Positions 23,200 through 37,432 of a stretch of 49,056 nucleotides of DNA are shown piece after piece. Source of the DNA: Octopus bimaculoides (lineage: Eukaryota); assembly GCF_001194135.2 (NCBI RefSeq), contig NC_068996.1, positions 32,290,709 through 32,339,764 of the forward strand, given 5' to 3'. Below the pieces are notes generated by a model. The model saw only the letters and a program-made list of their open reading frames with translations, was not told the origin of the DNA and ran no database searches. The translations under genes and the position numbers were made by a program. Numbering within the stretch: position 1 is the first letter of the stretch; each line of letters starts with the position of its first letter.

Positions 23200-24070
23200 A
23201 AGTACCCAAGCAAGAATATTTGGAATGGTTCTTAAAATTCGAATAGATGACTGTGTTTCAAGAAGACGAAAGGGATTATTGATGAGAACGCTGATTGCAA
23301 TTATAATATAAGACCTTACTGCAACCATTGTGGTTGCTATAAGAATGATGCTGAGAGCTTTCACAAATGTAGTATGAAGGTTAGAAAAAAAAATTAATAG
23401 AAATATCAGGTTTAAATATTTAATTCTATACTGCTATTAACACGACCAACTGACAAGAAATCCCGCCTCTCACCAATACTGTTTCTTTTTGTTTCCATAG
23501 TATGTAAGTATACTCTATCCAGAATACGTAATTAATTTTATTCATGAGAGACAAATTATTCCATGGATAAATTATTAGGCAATCAGATGCAGTTGTCACA
23601 AACCAGGTAGAAAATATATATGAAAATCAGTAACAATGGGTCATGCAGGAAGTACCAATGGTCTTTGCATCGGGAGCATTAAAACCGAAGACGCAAGATT
23701 CATATTATATTGAAATCCAAAAGGTAATAATCCTGATCGTTTGAAATCTGACAATATGGCTGTGAGAAAATCCATCTGGGAATGTTTCTCATTGTTAATG
23801 CAAATACGAAAAGGCCTCATGTATGCAATATGTAAGAATCCAAACATTCCTTAATAGAATCATGCTGCTGGACAACACTGGAAGGAAGGATGGTGTCTCT
23901 CGAAAGGTACCGAAATTGGGATTCCGAGTCGACAGCTGATATAAAACTGTATGTAGAAGTTGCTAAAAATCTCTGCTCATCCAAGCAATGCACTATAAAC
24001 ACTCCCTTTAAAAGCAAAAACCAAACCCAAGTAAGATCAGTTGATGACATCATTTGGACAATATAGACAA
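23200..24070 (+). mobile_element. Highly degenerate R4/Dong-like non-LTR retrotransposon (post-RT region and RLE)
   Basis: Across frames: IRIDDCVSRRRKGLL (cf. DIDRLYVSRKEGGRGL), KGNNPDRL (cf. NGSNPTCRL), YAICKNPNIP (cf. WVICKNLNLP), TLEGRMVSL..WDSESTADIKL (cf. VLEN..ISL.WDFEIQTDRKI). The motif order is collinear. Many stops. Confidence 0.55.
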
Positions 24071-24480
24071 CACAAACGGAGAGAGAATCAGTATTTAAAG
24101 AACAGCGGTAAATCTGTTGACATTTGTTTGTGTTAAAGAAACTTATAGAAAAGCTTGACAGTTAATTAACCCGTATATCAATCAGATTCTTATTAGAGTC
24201 GGGGATGACTTTAAATGAAGGCCTGTCGGAAAGTGTAGAAACCAGGATATTCGGTCGACAATTGATGATAGGAATGCTCTGCAGCGCAAGCTGTTTCCAA
24301 CATATGAAATGTAAAATATATGTAAGCAGGGTATGCTCACGCATGCTCACCCCCAACACACACAATCACACAGGCACAAGCAGGAAATACAGCTCAATGC
24401 AGGCACATGAAGATTCTCAACGCAAATATTCTGCTTATACATTTATAAATGAATGATGTTTTCAAGTAGTGATACATACA

Positions 24481-24590
24481 CACGCACACACATATACACA
24501 CTCACGCACACACATATACATACTCACGCACACACATATACACACTCACGCACACACATATACATACTCACGCACACACATATACACACT
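24481..24590. repeat. 22-bp minisatellite x5 with alternating variants
   Basis: CACGCACACACATATACA(C/T)ACT units in the order C,T,C,T,C. Confidence 0.9.
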
Positions 24591-25167
24591 CACGCACGCA
24601 CAAACATATATACAAAACACGTATATGCGCACACATATATTATGTATGTGTGCTTAAATATATGCATATATTTATATATCATATATATATACAGAAATGC
24701 ACATATGTACGTGCGTATATATATGTTTATGTCCGTGTATGTACATATACATACACACACACAGCCACACATATTTATATATATATGACATCATTCATTG
24801 TCCTGCTAGAATATCATTTATTTTCAAACTGATAACACACACGGGCCTTACATGATGTATGAGAACCTATAAACATCGAACACTTGTCTTCAAGTGCTTT
24901 ATCGTCCTCCACTCTAGCATACGTTAATTCGCGTTATCATTGCCAGTTAAAATGATAGAGTTTTCTCTCATGAGATACCAAACCTCTATTGACCGATAGA
25001 TAAATGCTTGAATACATCATGGTCAGCCTTCGAATCAATCCTTCATGGAACAGATCGTTTTCTTGGTCTTCGTTTCTTAGCAAATGTTGTCTGCGCAGTT
25101 TTTATAGAATACAGCTTTTATATATGTGCCAGTTTATTAAGCAGTGCGTTGAGTTCACGTGTATGTA

Positions 25168-25200
<33 letters not shown>

Positions 25201-27523
25201 TTACGTACTATGTAGGTAGTTATGAAGTATTTATGCTTGTGTGCATATGTTACTGTATATGTACGTGTGAGAAGTGACCAAAGCTGTATATGATCTTGTT
25301 CGCCTGTGTATATATATTAATTCATATGGCTCAGAAAGCAATTGCATTTTGCTTGAATTACAACTAGGCTAGCGTCTGTTTAACATAGCTAACTGGTGCA
25401 AGCAAATGTTACAAGTATATAAGTATATTTTTTATTTTTGTGTGAGGGTGTGTCTGATATAAGAGTATGTGTGTGTGAGCGTGTGTGAGGCTTTAAATGA
25501 ATCTAAATCCGTGCCTTTAAGTAGACGCATATATTGAGGTAACAAAATGAAAACAAAAACAGGCTTGTAGTGCAAGGAATATCATTACAATACATTACAA
25601 GAATAAAGCTAAAGCTGAGACCGAATAAACATGAATATATTTGAGTATAGACATTAATAGAAAAATAACAAATACACTGAACATACAAACATATGCATCA
25701 TATCAATATCAATATGAGCGCAAGTGTGTGTGTGTGTGCGCGCGCGCGCACGAACATAAGAGTATAAATGTATTCTGCATATGATTGTGTATATATACCA
25801 CTTGATGATTCTAGTATCAATGCCATTTTGCCTTTCATTTCCACGATTTATTAAATAAGTATCAATCATCTGCTTGAGGCAGACTAATCAATTATATATC
25901 TCCCTGAAGATATTTTCTACCCCAATATTTTGAAGATCAATAAAGTGCGCACCAGTAATATTCTTATTTTCATCAACAGGCAAAAGTTGTCATCTGGAGA
26001 TTTGAAATAGATTAAAATTGTTACTGTCAATGTTGCATTCATTATAAAGAAAACAAACGAGAAGATCGGCTCAGTTATCCTTGACCTGCAAGAAATAATA
26101 GCCAAATCTCTTGCCAGCCACACAGTAATACAGTGTAAATTATAATCCTAGATATTTTATACCCGAGAAAAAGCGTTGTAGCTGTTGCACCTGGAGTATC
26201 TTTGATTACAGGTCTGCCAGATCAAGGTTTCCGTAATATTGAGAAATAAGTTAGTACTTAACTTTATCCCATCCTAAACTCTGGGTCAGACTTTGAAGAT
26301 TGCAATTTTTTTTTCTCTCACTTATGAATGTATCTAATATGTGGAAATAATAAATTAATAACGCACATTATGATTTTTCATTTACTACGAAATTCCTGTT
26401 CTTTATGTGAGATAGCAAGATTATGGCTAGTTGACGTGTAAATGGGAAAGTATCGAATTTTGGACACTTTCTCACATTGCTTGCTATAATACTATACTCT
26501 TTGCCGCGTTTCTCGAGCCCTTTTTCACGACAATAAAATATGATTCGTGTAGTTTTAGATTAAAATGTTAACACTCTGGTGTCTTTAATGAACAAAGCGG
26601 TGTAATAAGAAAGCCACTTATTTCTTAAACAATCCTTTCTAGATTATTTCCATTTTAAAACTAGAAAATTCTCTGTCACTCTCTTGACCTATATGAAATA
26701 CATTCTCGGTTCGTGTGTGTGTGTGTCTGTGTGTTTGTATGTCTGTGTGTGCGTGTGTGTGTGAGTGTGTTTGCGTGCGTGTGCGGGTGCTTGTGTGTGT
26801 GTATGTGTTTCTGTCTGCGTGTGTCTGTATGTGTGTGGTAGTGTGTGTTTGCAATTGTGCGTGTGTGTTTGTGTGTGCCTGTGTGTGTGTTTGTATGCAT
26901 CAGTGCATGTATGTGTATATGTGTGTCTATGTATGAATATATATGCATATATGTATTCATGAATAAATGCGAGTTTCGACGTGTATGTGATTTTTTAAAG
27001 TTAAAATTTTAATTTTCATAATTGATATTTTGTTCAAAATACTTGAATAATTTTGACTTACTGATCCATCTTATCTTTCTGGATATTCTCACCCCACCCC
27101 TATGCACCGAGTTTTTCTCACAGGAATATCTGATTCTTTAATTGTATTTCGCCACTATAAAACAGTTCCAAAATCAACAATTGATCCTCCGTAGTTTCCT
27201 GACATCTGTTTTCAGTTGCTCTTTTTCTTATAATTCTACCATATTTAACGTATTGTTATGATGGATAAGATAAGTGTTTCCTTTATCTATTTATTATTTA
27301 TATTCTTCTGTATTCTTGTATTCTGATATTCTTCTACTTGACTACTTTTTACCCATTTTCCCCGGCACTCGTTCAGCTTTCCATTTTTTTCCCTTTACTT
27401 CTTTTTTCTCTAATTTTCCATTTTGTGTTTGTTTCATTTCTATTCGATACGCGAAGTATCACACATACATATACGCGTATGCGCAATCTATCTCTACATT
27501 TCTCTCTTTTCTATAACCAATCA

Positions 27524-27584
<61 letters not shown>

Positions 27585-28730
27585 ATTTCTCGTTTTCTCT
27601 CTTTTTCTCCATTTCACTATCTCTCTCTATCTCGCTTACACACTCTTTTCCTCACTCACACTCTCAGCCAATTTACAAAAGCTATTAGCCAGGGGCCCGT
27701 TTCATGCTTTTTGATTACCGCATCATGTGCGTTCCGTTTTATTGCCAAGACCGCAATTTGATTCACCCCAAGGGAATTAGTAGTCTCTTTATATACTGTC
27801 TCATCTGTAGCAGAACAGAATGCTAACTTGACCTTTCGGAGAGTTGCAAATTGTAGAACGTGCGTCTGGAATCTTTCAGTATGTCATTGGAATACGATGG
27901 AACGAAATTCTGAACGTTTTGGGAATTTTGCCATCGATCAAATGAAAGCCTAGTGGGGGTGACGGTGTTGGTGTCTACATTGGTAGTGATGTTAGGTGAA
28001 GTGTTACTGCTAATCGTAGTGGGGGAGATGTGGTAATTGCGATAATGCTGTTGATGATGGTGGGGGACAGTTCATTTCAGCTTCTCATTCGATGTTTTCG
28101 TTGTAGCTCTTCTCCAGAGCTGCTGGTAGTCCCCAAGGAGAGAAAATTACGCGCTTGTTCCTCATTCGTCCTATCGCAGAGTATATACGCGAAATGGTGC
28201 GTTTCCTACATTCAGATCTATGTTGATAGGCGTCCGCTTATTTAAAAACGTGAAAGAGATATACATACTGATAAAAAAAGAAATATTAATAATGGAACAA
28301 GAGCAAGCTACGAGAAAATTGCTAAAAGTATAAATAGATACATAAAATAGAAACAACAAATCCCCTTAGACATTCTAAAAAAGAAACACACGCATAGACA
28401 TAAAGACATAAACATATAAATATTTTTTCTTCCTCTATCTTTTTTTATTTGTTTTAGAAACATGCATACAAGAGAACATAAGCAAGTACACACGCCTGTA
28501 CACACATATCTGCATATGTAATCATACACACACACACACACACACACATACACGCATGCATATATTAATAACATAAATGCACAAATGCGTGCGGTGCCCC
28601 AGTGTGGCCATAGCCTTTGGACTGAAACGCATGAATGTATATTTATATGTATGTATATATATCTTTATGTGTATATATGTAAATATGTTTATATATATGA
28701 GTATTTTTGTGCATGTATTCATGTACACAC

Positions 28731-28744
28731 AGATAGATAGATGC

Positions 28745-28812
<68 letters not shown>

Positions 28813-28918
28813 GTAGGTAGGTAGGTAAGTAGGTAGGTAGGTAGGTAGGTTGAGATGGAGGGAGGGAGGAAGGGAGGGAGGAAGTGAGGGAGGAAGGGAG
28901 GGAGGAAGGGAGGGAGGG
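28731..28918. repeat. Compound (GATA)n-(GGTA)n-(GGGA/GGAA)n tract
   Basis: Read directly. Confidence 0.95.
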
Positions 28919-29646
28919 GTAGATTATTCTTTAGTCTTCTCAGCGTTTAAAACAAGCATGAAATTTTATTGATAAATATGAAGATTAAAATTAAGCTATC
29001 ATATCATGTCTTAATAGGAACAATGAATAAACACATTTATGATAATGTTATAAAATATGTATACATAAATACATAGATATATTGATAGATTAATAGATTA
29101 ACTGATTGATATATGTACATATATTCATATATACACCATGTCTATGTATGTACATTTGTGTGTATGTGAAAGTACATACATACATAAATGCATACATACA
29201 TACAAGCATACATATATATATATGTATGTATGTATGAATATATATGCGTGTATATGTGTGTATATATATATATGTGTTTGTATATGTATATATATATATA
29301 TATATACATATACATATGTATATGTATGTTATATATATAGGTGTGTGTATGTATGCATATACATGCATATATGTATATATAAACACAGAGGGAGGGAGAG
29401 AGAAACAGGTTAAGAAAGAAAGAAAGAAAGAAAGAAACAGAATTTGATTTGCAAACAAAAATGTAAGTAAACATATAGAGACGTACAGAAATATCATACG
29501 CACATACATACATTCTTATATGTATGCATATCATTGTTCAGTTTTATTTCAAAGTTTCTTGGCAATAGAGAAAGTGTCGGCTTTTAACCTAGATTCAAGG
29601 TTTCTTCATTGAAATTTCAACATCAACAACAGAGTATTTTTGCTTT

Positions 29647-30120
29647 TATGTATGTATGTATGTATGTATGTATGTATGCATGTATGTATGTATGTATGTA
29701 TGTATGTATGTATGTATGTATGTATGCATGTATGTATGTATGTGTGTATGTATGTATGTATGTATGTATGTATGTATGTGTGCAGATTTGTATGTTTTGC
29801 TCTATGTATGTATTCTCATGCATATCGCTGCATATCTAGACATGCTCATATATATCTAAATGATAAACTTCTGGAAAATTTTACAGATTTTTACAGTTCC
29901 AGTGATGGATTGGATCTGTAGTTTTCGAATTAGCTTTCTCCTTACTGGTTTTGAGAAGCCTAATTTCTCAAGATTGGTATTTAGCCACTGTGTTACATGT
30001 ATGCATGTACGTATGTATGTATGTATGTATGTATGTATGTATGTATGTATGTGTGCGTGTATGTATGTATCCATACGTGCATGTGTGTATGTATGTATGT
30101 ATGTATGTATGTATGTATGT
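29647..30120. repeat. Two (TATG)n arrays (29647-29779, 29998-30120)
   Basis: Read directly. Source of the MYVC/HTYI ORF artefacts. Confidence 0.95.
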
Positions 30121-31289
30121 GCGAATGTTCTTAAAATATATATAACTACGTATGTCTTCTTTCTTTTGCATTTTGCATTTCAAGACAAGTTTCTTACTCA
30201 GAAATCAAACCCCTTTGCTTGAATTTAGACTAGAGAAACTCTCTTCTACTTATAGTCTGAAATATACAAACTATAAATTTAGATTATTTATTTCTTGTGG
30301 GCATATAACTGTAGATTTCGAAGCAATTGTCTCTAATTGTTTTTTTATTTCACACTATTTTTTAATGAAATGTTAAATTCCTCTAAGTAATTGATTACCA
30401 TAACTCTACTTAGCCAACGTTTTCCGTCCCGAATAATTCTATTCTGAATGTATTATCTGCATTTAATGGAATTTTAAACAAGGATATTTGTTGCCGGAAT
30501 ATATAAACGGATATACTGAAAAGCACAGCATAACTATAATTATTCTCTTTATCCAAGCTCTAATGCTTTATGGATATAGTATTGTAGATTGTTCCAGGAA
30601 AATTTTCATACCTCATAGAAAAATACTAGTATTTTAAGAAGTTCCGGATTACATAGTAACATAATCAAGATTGTCGACTGCGAGTATGGAGCAAATGGAT
30701 TTCATTTAATTTTACCGTTTCTCAAACGTCTTGTATTTGAAGTGGTTATTTGCTGGTAACTTTTTTTATCTAAAAACCCGCAGCTTTCGAAACACCATTT
30801 AGATATTGACTACTAAAGCATCTGCAATAATGACTGGTATATATATGTGAATTCTAGATGGGATACTAGTATAAAAGTGATCTGCAAATATTCCCTTTCA
30901 TACTGTTTTTCAAAAAAATTGTTCATAACAGCAGAGCATAATTTTCTTTTGTATCTGAAACATCTACATCAAAGAATTACGTTGAACTTGTTAAAAAATT
31001 CGATGGGAATGGTCCAACAATATTCATTATGTTGAAATACATAATGCATTCCAGGGTACAGTAGTTCCCTATCGTTATCCCAGAGCAGGCATCATAACAT
31101 ACTAAAAGTCACTGCCTTAATGTAATTTTTAGGGCCAGTACTGATCACGTATCTTATATTTTCCCCAGAAATGCGATATAATCAGTATATCCGGGTTTAT
31201 ATGTGTGCCTGTGAACTTCTGTGTGTGTGAGTATGTGTATCGGTATGTGTGTCTCTGAGTGTGTGTGCGCTCGCGCGTGTATTTATATG

Positions 31290-31520
31290 TGTGTTTCTTT
31301 GGGTCATTTCATCATGTTGAACCGTTAAGACCTACGCATTCTTTTCTCTCTCGTTTTTTTTTTCTTTTTCCGTTCCCTCTCTATTTTTTTTCCCACTCAA
31401 TCCTTTCTGTTGAAGAGCGTTGGCTAGAAACGTCAAAAACTTTTCCATTCTTCCTGAGCGTCAAATACCTTGTTTTTCCCTCACCGATCTTTGTTTTGTT
31501 TTCTGTAAATCTGAACTATA
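31290..31520 (+). mobile_element. Non-autonomous repeat (Penelope pLTR-like) with decayed hammerhead-like core, ending in (TA)n
   Basis: CCTTTCTG-TTGAAGA-GCGTTGGCTA-GAAACGTC at 31402-31434, then CTTCCTGAGCGT..TGTAAAT..ACTATATA. Same family as 43630-43830. Confidence 0.55.
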
Positions 31521-31696
31521 TATATATATATATNNNNNNNNNNNNNNNNNNNNNNNNNNNNNNNNNNNNNNNNNNNNNNNNNNNNNNNNNNNNNNNNNNN
31601 NNNNNNNNNNNNNNNNNNNNNNNNNNNNNNNNNNNNNNNNNNNNNNNNNNNNNNNNNNNNNNNNNNNNNNNNNNNNNNNNNNNNNNNNNNNNNNNN

Positions 31697-32543
31697 TAAA
31701 ATGCAAAATGGGACAAGAACGCAAAACCCCCCAGACAATTAGGTGATACAAAAAGGGACAACAAAATATCCAAACAGATGATACAAAGAAAACAAGGACA
31801 GGTCATTCGGAGTTTTCTTTCCTCAGTTGAGTTCCAGATTATCTTTGCAATTTCGGCTGTTTATACCCGAAATTGCTCCTATCTGGCCAGCCCCAAGGAA
31901 AAACTAAGGTATGAGCATTAGATTCCTTGGAAGAAAGCAGCAAATGTATACGAAAAGAAGGACAGAAAAAGCGGAAAAATATTACACAAATACAAATACC
32001 AGGACATTTTTTCTGTCAATTTTTTCTCCCCCCTCCTTAATTCTTCCACCACTCTCTCTTTTCTCTCCACGTTACCGGTGTTCGGCCAAGCCTGTTCTTT
32101 CTTTCTTGGTTTGGCCATCGTCCGTGCAACATCTGTATGCCTTCCTGTACCTGTGAAATCTTGTATCACTGCAGTAAGGCTTTACTTCCACACACGCCAG
32201 CTTTTAATTCGTCCGTAGTCGAAAGACACCTGTTTTTATGTTCTGTTATTTGTGTAACATTTTCCGTTTTTTCCCGTTCTTCTTTTCGAATACATTCGCT
32301 GCTTTCCTCCAAGGAATCTAATGCTCTTAGCTTATTTTTTTCCTTGGGGCTGGCCAGATTGGAGCAATCTCGAGTATAACCAGCCGAAATTGCAACGATA
32401 ATCTGGAACTCGACTGAGGAAAGAAAACTCCGAATGACCCGTCCTTGTTTGCTTTGTATCGTCTATCTGGATGTTTTGTTGTCCCTTTCTTGTATCACCT
32501 AACTGTCTGGATGTTTTGCGTTCATGTCCCATTTTGTACTTTA
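31697..32543. mobile_element. Long inverted repeat: ~295-bp arms (31697-31992, 32247-32543) with ~255-bp spacer
   Basis: The arms align through long blocks (GGTCATTCGGAGTTTTCTTTCCTCAGT, GAGTTCCAGATTATC, ATCTGGCCAGCCCCAAGGAAAAA, GAGCATTAGATTCCTTGGA). TA-rich sequence lies outside the right arm and just beyond the gap at the left arm. Confidence 0.9.
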
Positions 32544-32577
32544 TATATATGTATATATGTATATATATATATATATA

Positions 32578-32604
32578 TACTCTTTTACTCTTTTACTTGT
32601 TTCA
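32578..32604 (-). mobile_element. Tail of major SINE entering a gap
   Basis: TACTCTTTTACTCTTTTACTTGTTTCA is the reverse-complemented SINE tail. Confidence 0.7.
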
Positions 32605-33510
32605 NNNNNNNNNNNNNNNNNNNNNNNNNNNNNNNNNNNNNNNNNNNNNNNNNNNNNNNNNNNNNNNNNNNNNNNNNNNNNNNNNNNNNNNNNNNNNNNN
32701 NNNNNNNNNNNNNNNNNNNNNNNNNNNNNNNNNNNNNNNNNNNNNNNNNNNNNNNNNNNNNNNNNTATATATATATATATACATACATATATGGATATAT
32801 TTCCATGTATGCATAGGTTATACACACACACACACACACACACACACGCACGCACACACACACACACATACATACACAAACAAGCTTTCTCATAGGGTCT
32901 GCATCTGAAACCTGGTCCCTTGCTAACCCCTTGCTTTACCTTAAATTCGAGCTTTCTGAAAGATAATTCAACTCATCAAGGTATGTTGGTCTCATGCGAA
33001 ATATTTTAAAACACCAATTTAGAAACTAAATGCTGCTTAAACCAAAAGTATGGTTAAGGACAAACACAGTAGTTATGGCACTTCAAGAAACATTTAAAGC
33101 TGATAGGAAAATTTCGAATTTAGTCCCTTTGTAATATTACCGCATATTTAGCTTTCAGAGCAAAATTAAATTATGCAGATTTGATGACATTTCAAAATAA
33201 GCTAGTTTTTAGACTTCAACAAGGAAACATATTTTAGACTTGATTATAGCAAAAGTTGGACAAGCTGAGTATTTGCACTTATGTGAAAGTAGCTTCTCTT
33301 TATTCAATTGGTTAAATGATGTAGACAATAAATAATACTGAAAATTTCATAACGAAATCTTTTTCATTCCATTTCCAATTTTTTTTCTCCTTAATGTTCT
33401 TGAATGTTGTTAGAAATTAATTTACCTTACATACACACGCATGCACACACACACACACACTCACTCATAATCTTATCGCTGTGTATATATACATATATAT
33501 TTACACATAT

Positions 33511-33580
<70 letters not shown>

Positions 33581-35090
33581 GTGTTCATATATATATATAT
33601 ATTATTTGGTAGAATTTTATTGTTGCATAGCGAAATCCAGTGTCCCTATATATATAAAACTTTGTGTCAGTATATCTGACCATCTGTTTATCTCTCACAA
33701 TCGCTGTGTTGGATTTGCTTTATTTTGCACATTTTTTTTTAAACGTGTATCAGATGAGGAACGGTAGTTGCTATCGTCACTATATGCCCATCTAAGCTGT
33801 TGAGATTTAAGGGAACGTAGCTCAGTCTCCTCATCTGTAGATAAATACCCAGAAAAAATAATAATAATGAATATGGATACCTGGCTGGAAATGTCAGTAA
33901 CGAAAACGCTAACGATTCGAATCCATACCTTTCGTTCAATTATCAGTACCAAAGCTGACACTGTCACTTTCTTATCTCTCTCTCACTTTTCTCTCTTTCT
34001 CTCACTTTCTCTCTCATTCTTTCTTTCGTTCTTTCTCTCCCTCTCTTTCCTCTTTGACGGATGACAAGAGCTCGAGTTGCTATATTCTTTAGGCCTTTCA
34101 AAATTTCAACTTATGAAATAAACTCTCCCATATACTGGTGATTACCAATTTCCTCTAGATTTGATTCCAGATTTGATACCCTACAAAAAGCACCCAAAGG
34201 AACGTTTTTGGTGGTGTTAAACAGAGGAGATTGTAGACCAGTTATCTAGTATTGAGTCTCAGGAAGAGTTTTAGTATAGCCATAATTGTGCCACTACTTT
34301 CACAACTTTCTGGCAATTGTAATTTAGACTGTATTAGATTGCTATAATAATCAAAGTTGGCAATTAAATTTTCTGGCATTATCATCCTTTGTGTTATAGA
34401 AATATGCTTTTACATTAGGGTCTCACAATTCCATAAAGGTCAGAAATGTTATCGGAATTTAGGGCTCATGATTGAAGGTCAGCATTAAATTAAGGCAATA
34501 AGAAAGCACAGGCAATCAACAAACCTAGTCACCTCTTCCTCCATTCACACAAACGTGCACACTTGCATATAAACTATAACATCTACTGAATAACACTGTC
34601 ATATGGGGCTTCCTATATTACGGCAACGATGATATTCGATATGTTAATTATATTGTTATATTACAGAAACAAGCTTTGTCTTTTGTCTTTCTCATTCATT
34701 GTTTGTTCCAGGAAAATCACAGTTCTTTGTCTTTCGATTTCATACTATTCATATAACCTCTTTATCAGTCAGTCTTAAATCGACCAAGGTTCACTAAGCT
34801 AAACACAGTATATACACGTAACTTGAAACCAATAGCATGCTTATAATTCCACGGCCATTTCTACTTATATCAACAGATCATACATACGTTTGCATTTTGC
34901 ATAAAATTTTCAAATCACAATTACAATACTCTAACCATTCTTCCGACTAATAACCTCAACATACATTATTTAATAATTTCAAGATGAGAACTGTTCTATA
35001 TTTGCTGACCAAACACATTTTACTTGACCCATGTATTTATTGTTTTATATCATTATGACTTGCTTAATCCCAGGTTATTTGAGTTTCCTT

Positions 35091-35143
35091 ATTGCTTATC
35101 TGGCCCCCAAGGAAAAGACTAAAGGTACAGAAACATAGATTCC
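35091..35143 (+). repeat. Short diverged fragment of the 31697-32543 arm sequence
   Basis: ATTGCT.ATCTGGCC.CCCAAGGAAAA.ACTAA.GGTA...A..A.AGATTCC aligns to 31872-31926. Confidence 0.55.
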
Positions 35144-35224
35144 CCATCACCCAAGATAATAATTCTGTAGAATAAGTAGTAACACAAATAAAGAACATTT
35201 AAGTTAGAGGTAACAATAGAGGTA

Positions 35225-36628
35225 ACAATAAGTCTTCTATTCCTCCTTTATTCAACGGACCTGAGGTCATAACAACATCTAATGATAAAACAGAACTCTT
35301 TGCTCAACTGTTTTCACTCTATTCTCGATGACTCTGGTATTCCACTTCCTAATGTTTTTCTCAAAACTGATAAGCTGTTATATAGTTGTCATATGACTTC
35401 TAAGGAAGGCCATTGTGGCACGGTTGGATCTATGTAAAGCAACTGGACCTGATGGTATTTCAGTCATTGTTTTTCAGAAGTGCTCTCTTGAGTTGTCTTC
35501 TGTCTTATCTAGGCTCTTCCAAAAGAGTATCTCAGAATCTTGTTTTATGGAAATTCCCAACTGTTGTCCTGTCTTTAAGAACTGTGGTGATCGATCTAAT
35601 CCTCGTAATTATAGACCAATTAGTCTACTACCAATCATCAGTAAGGTTTTTGAGTCTTTGATTACTGACTCTCTTTAAAATATCTTGACTCAAATCGTTT
35701 ATTCTCCGACTCTCAATATGGTTTCCGTGCCGGACGGTCTATTGCTGATCTTCTTCTCACTGTTATATCCAAGCGTATTTATCGTGCCTTGAATGTATTT
35801 GGTCAAGCTAGGGCAGTTGCTCTTGATATCTCTAAGGCATTTGATAGGATTTGGTATGCTGGACTTCTGTGGACGCTCCAGTCATTTGGTGTCAGGTTTC
35901 ATGCTGAACATCATCTCTTCTTTCGTTTATGACCGTAGGATCAAGGTTGTTCTTGATGGTCAATCTTCGTTTAGTTATCCTATTAATGCTGGGGTTCCTT
36001 AAGGATTTGTCCTGGGCCCAACTCTCTTCTTTTTTTCAATGATCTGCCTGATCATATCATCTGTCAGCTAGTAATCTATGCTGATAACTCTACTTTGTAC
36101 TCTTGTTTGGACAAATCTGACGACTTGTCTGATAAGGTTGAGATCACTGTTAACCTTGGGAATGATCTTCGATCTATTGTTGAGTGTGGTAGGAAATGAC
36201 TTGTAACGTTCAGTCCATCAAAAACTAAACTTCTTTCAATTAATCGCTTCAGACATCCTTTCTTGCCATCGGTATCGACGGATGGTATTGACTTAATTGA
36301 GAGTCGTTCTCTCTGTCTCCTAGGAGTGACTTTCTGTAATGATTTTTATTGGAGGACTTACAATGAATCTATTGCTAAATCGGCTGTAATGAAGATAGGC
36401 TCACGCCTTCGTTCGAGGAGTTATTTAACCCCTGAGACTATTATTTATCTTTATAAGTCCCTTATAAGTTTATAACTTTATAAGTTATATTCGTCCCTGC
36501 ATTGACTACTGTTGTTACGTTTGGGAGCAGATTGTTTAACACTGTTGGACTGCATACAAAGCTGTATTTGTGATGTTATTGGCCCTTATCTATCTTCTAC
36601 ACTGGATTCACTCTCTCATCGTCGTCGT
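35225..36628 (+). mobile_element. CR1-group LINE ORF2 reverse transcriptase fossil
   Basis: KATGPDGIS..NYRPISLLPIISKVFESL..DSQYGFRAGRS..AVALDISKAFDRIW..NAGVP*GFVLGPTLF..NDLP..IYADNSTLY..LLGVTF..LYKSL..RPCIDYC. RT motifs are in order, with multiple stops and frameshifts. Confidence 0.92.
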
Positions 36629-36667
36629 AAATGCCCATATACATATGCTTATGTCAGCATGTGTAAC

Positions 36668-36731
<64 letters not shown>

Positions 36732-36741
36732 GAGAAATAGT

Positions 36742-36779
<38 letters not shown>

Positions 36780-36780
36780 G
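36668..36780. repeat. (GATA)n followed by (GA)n
   Basis: Read directly. Confidence 0.95.
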
Positions 36781-36999
36781 ACGTTGCATGTGCGTCTTTG
36801 TATCTGTGCCTCTGTATTCTGTATCATTATGTGATTGTGAAATTGTTAAGATTGGTTACGTTGTTTCTTATACATGTGCACAGAAGCAACTGAAGAATTG
36901 GAATCAAAGTACATACAACTGAAATGAAGAATATTTACTTAAACGTTACGTTTCGAAACATTATTCTCAAACTGAAAATGTTGTGTACATGAACGCGTG

Positions 37000-37049
<50 letters not shown>

Positions 37050-37276
37050 TATATGCTAAAAGAAAAATATACAAAATTATATAAAATTATCTCTTTTCAC
37101 CATTGCAACGACGACAACAGAAACTGATAGAGTAGAGATTTAAGTCTTTATAATATCTTTTCCCAACACTTAAATGATTGATAGAAATGAGATGTTTGTT
37201 AACTTAAAAAATATATTTATAATTGTCCATCGAATTTTACATGAAGCATAATAGAATAATAAAACTGTATAACAAT

Positions 37277-37432
<156 letters not shown>

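Noticed and set aside
23122-23364. Hydrophobic minus-strand ORF with IRILR (ion-channel S4-like)
   Set aside because: It is the antisense of the R4-like fossil and lacks regular R/K-x-x periodicity.
25917-26123. Hydrophobic 68-aa ORF
   Set aside because: No recognisable family and no supporting neighbouring exons.
33741-33837. 10-bp inverted repeat CAGATGAGGA / TCCTCATCTG resembling hammerhead cores
   Set aside because: CAGAUGA rather than CUGAUGA, and no GAAA on either strand.
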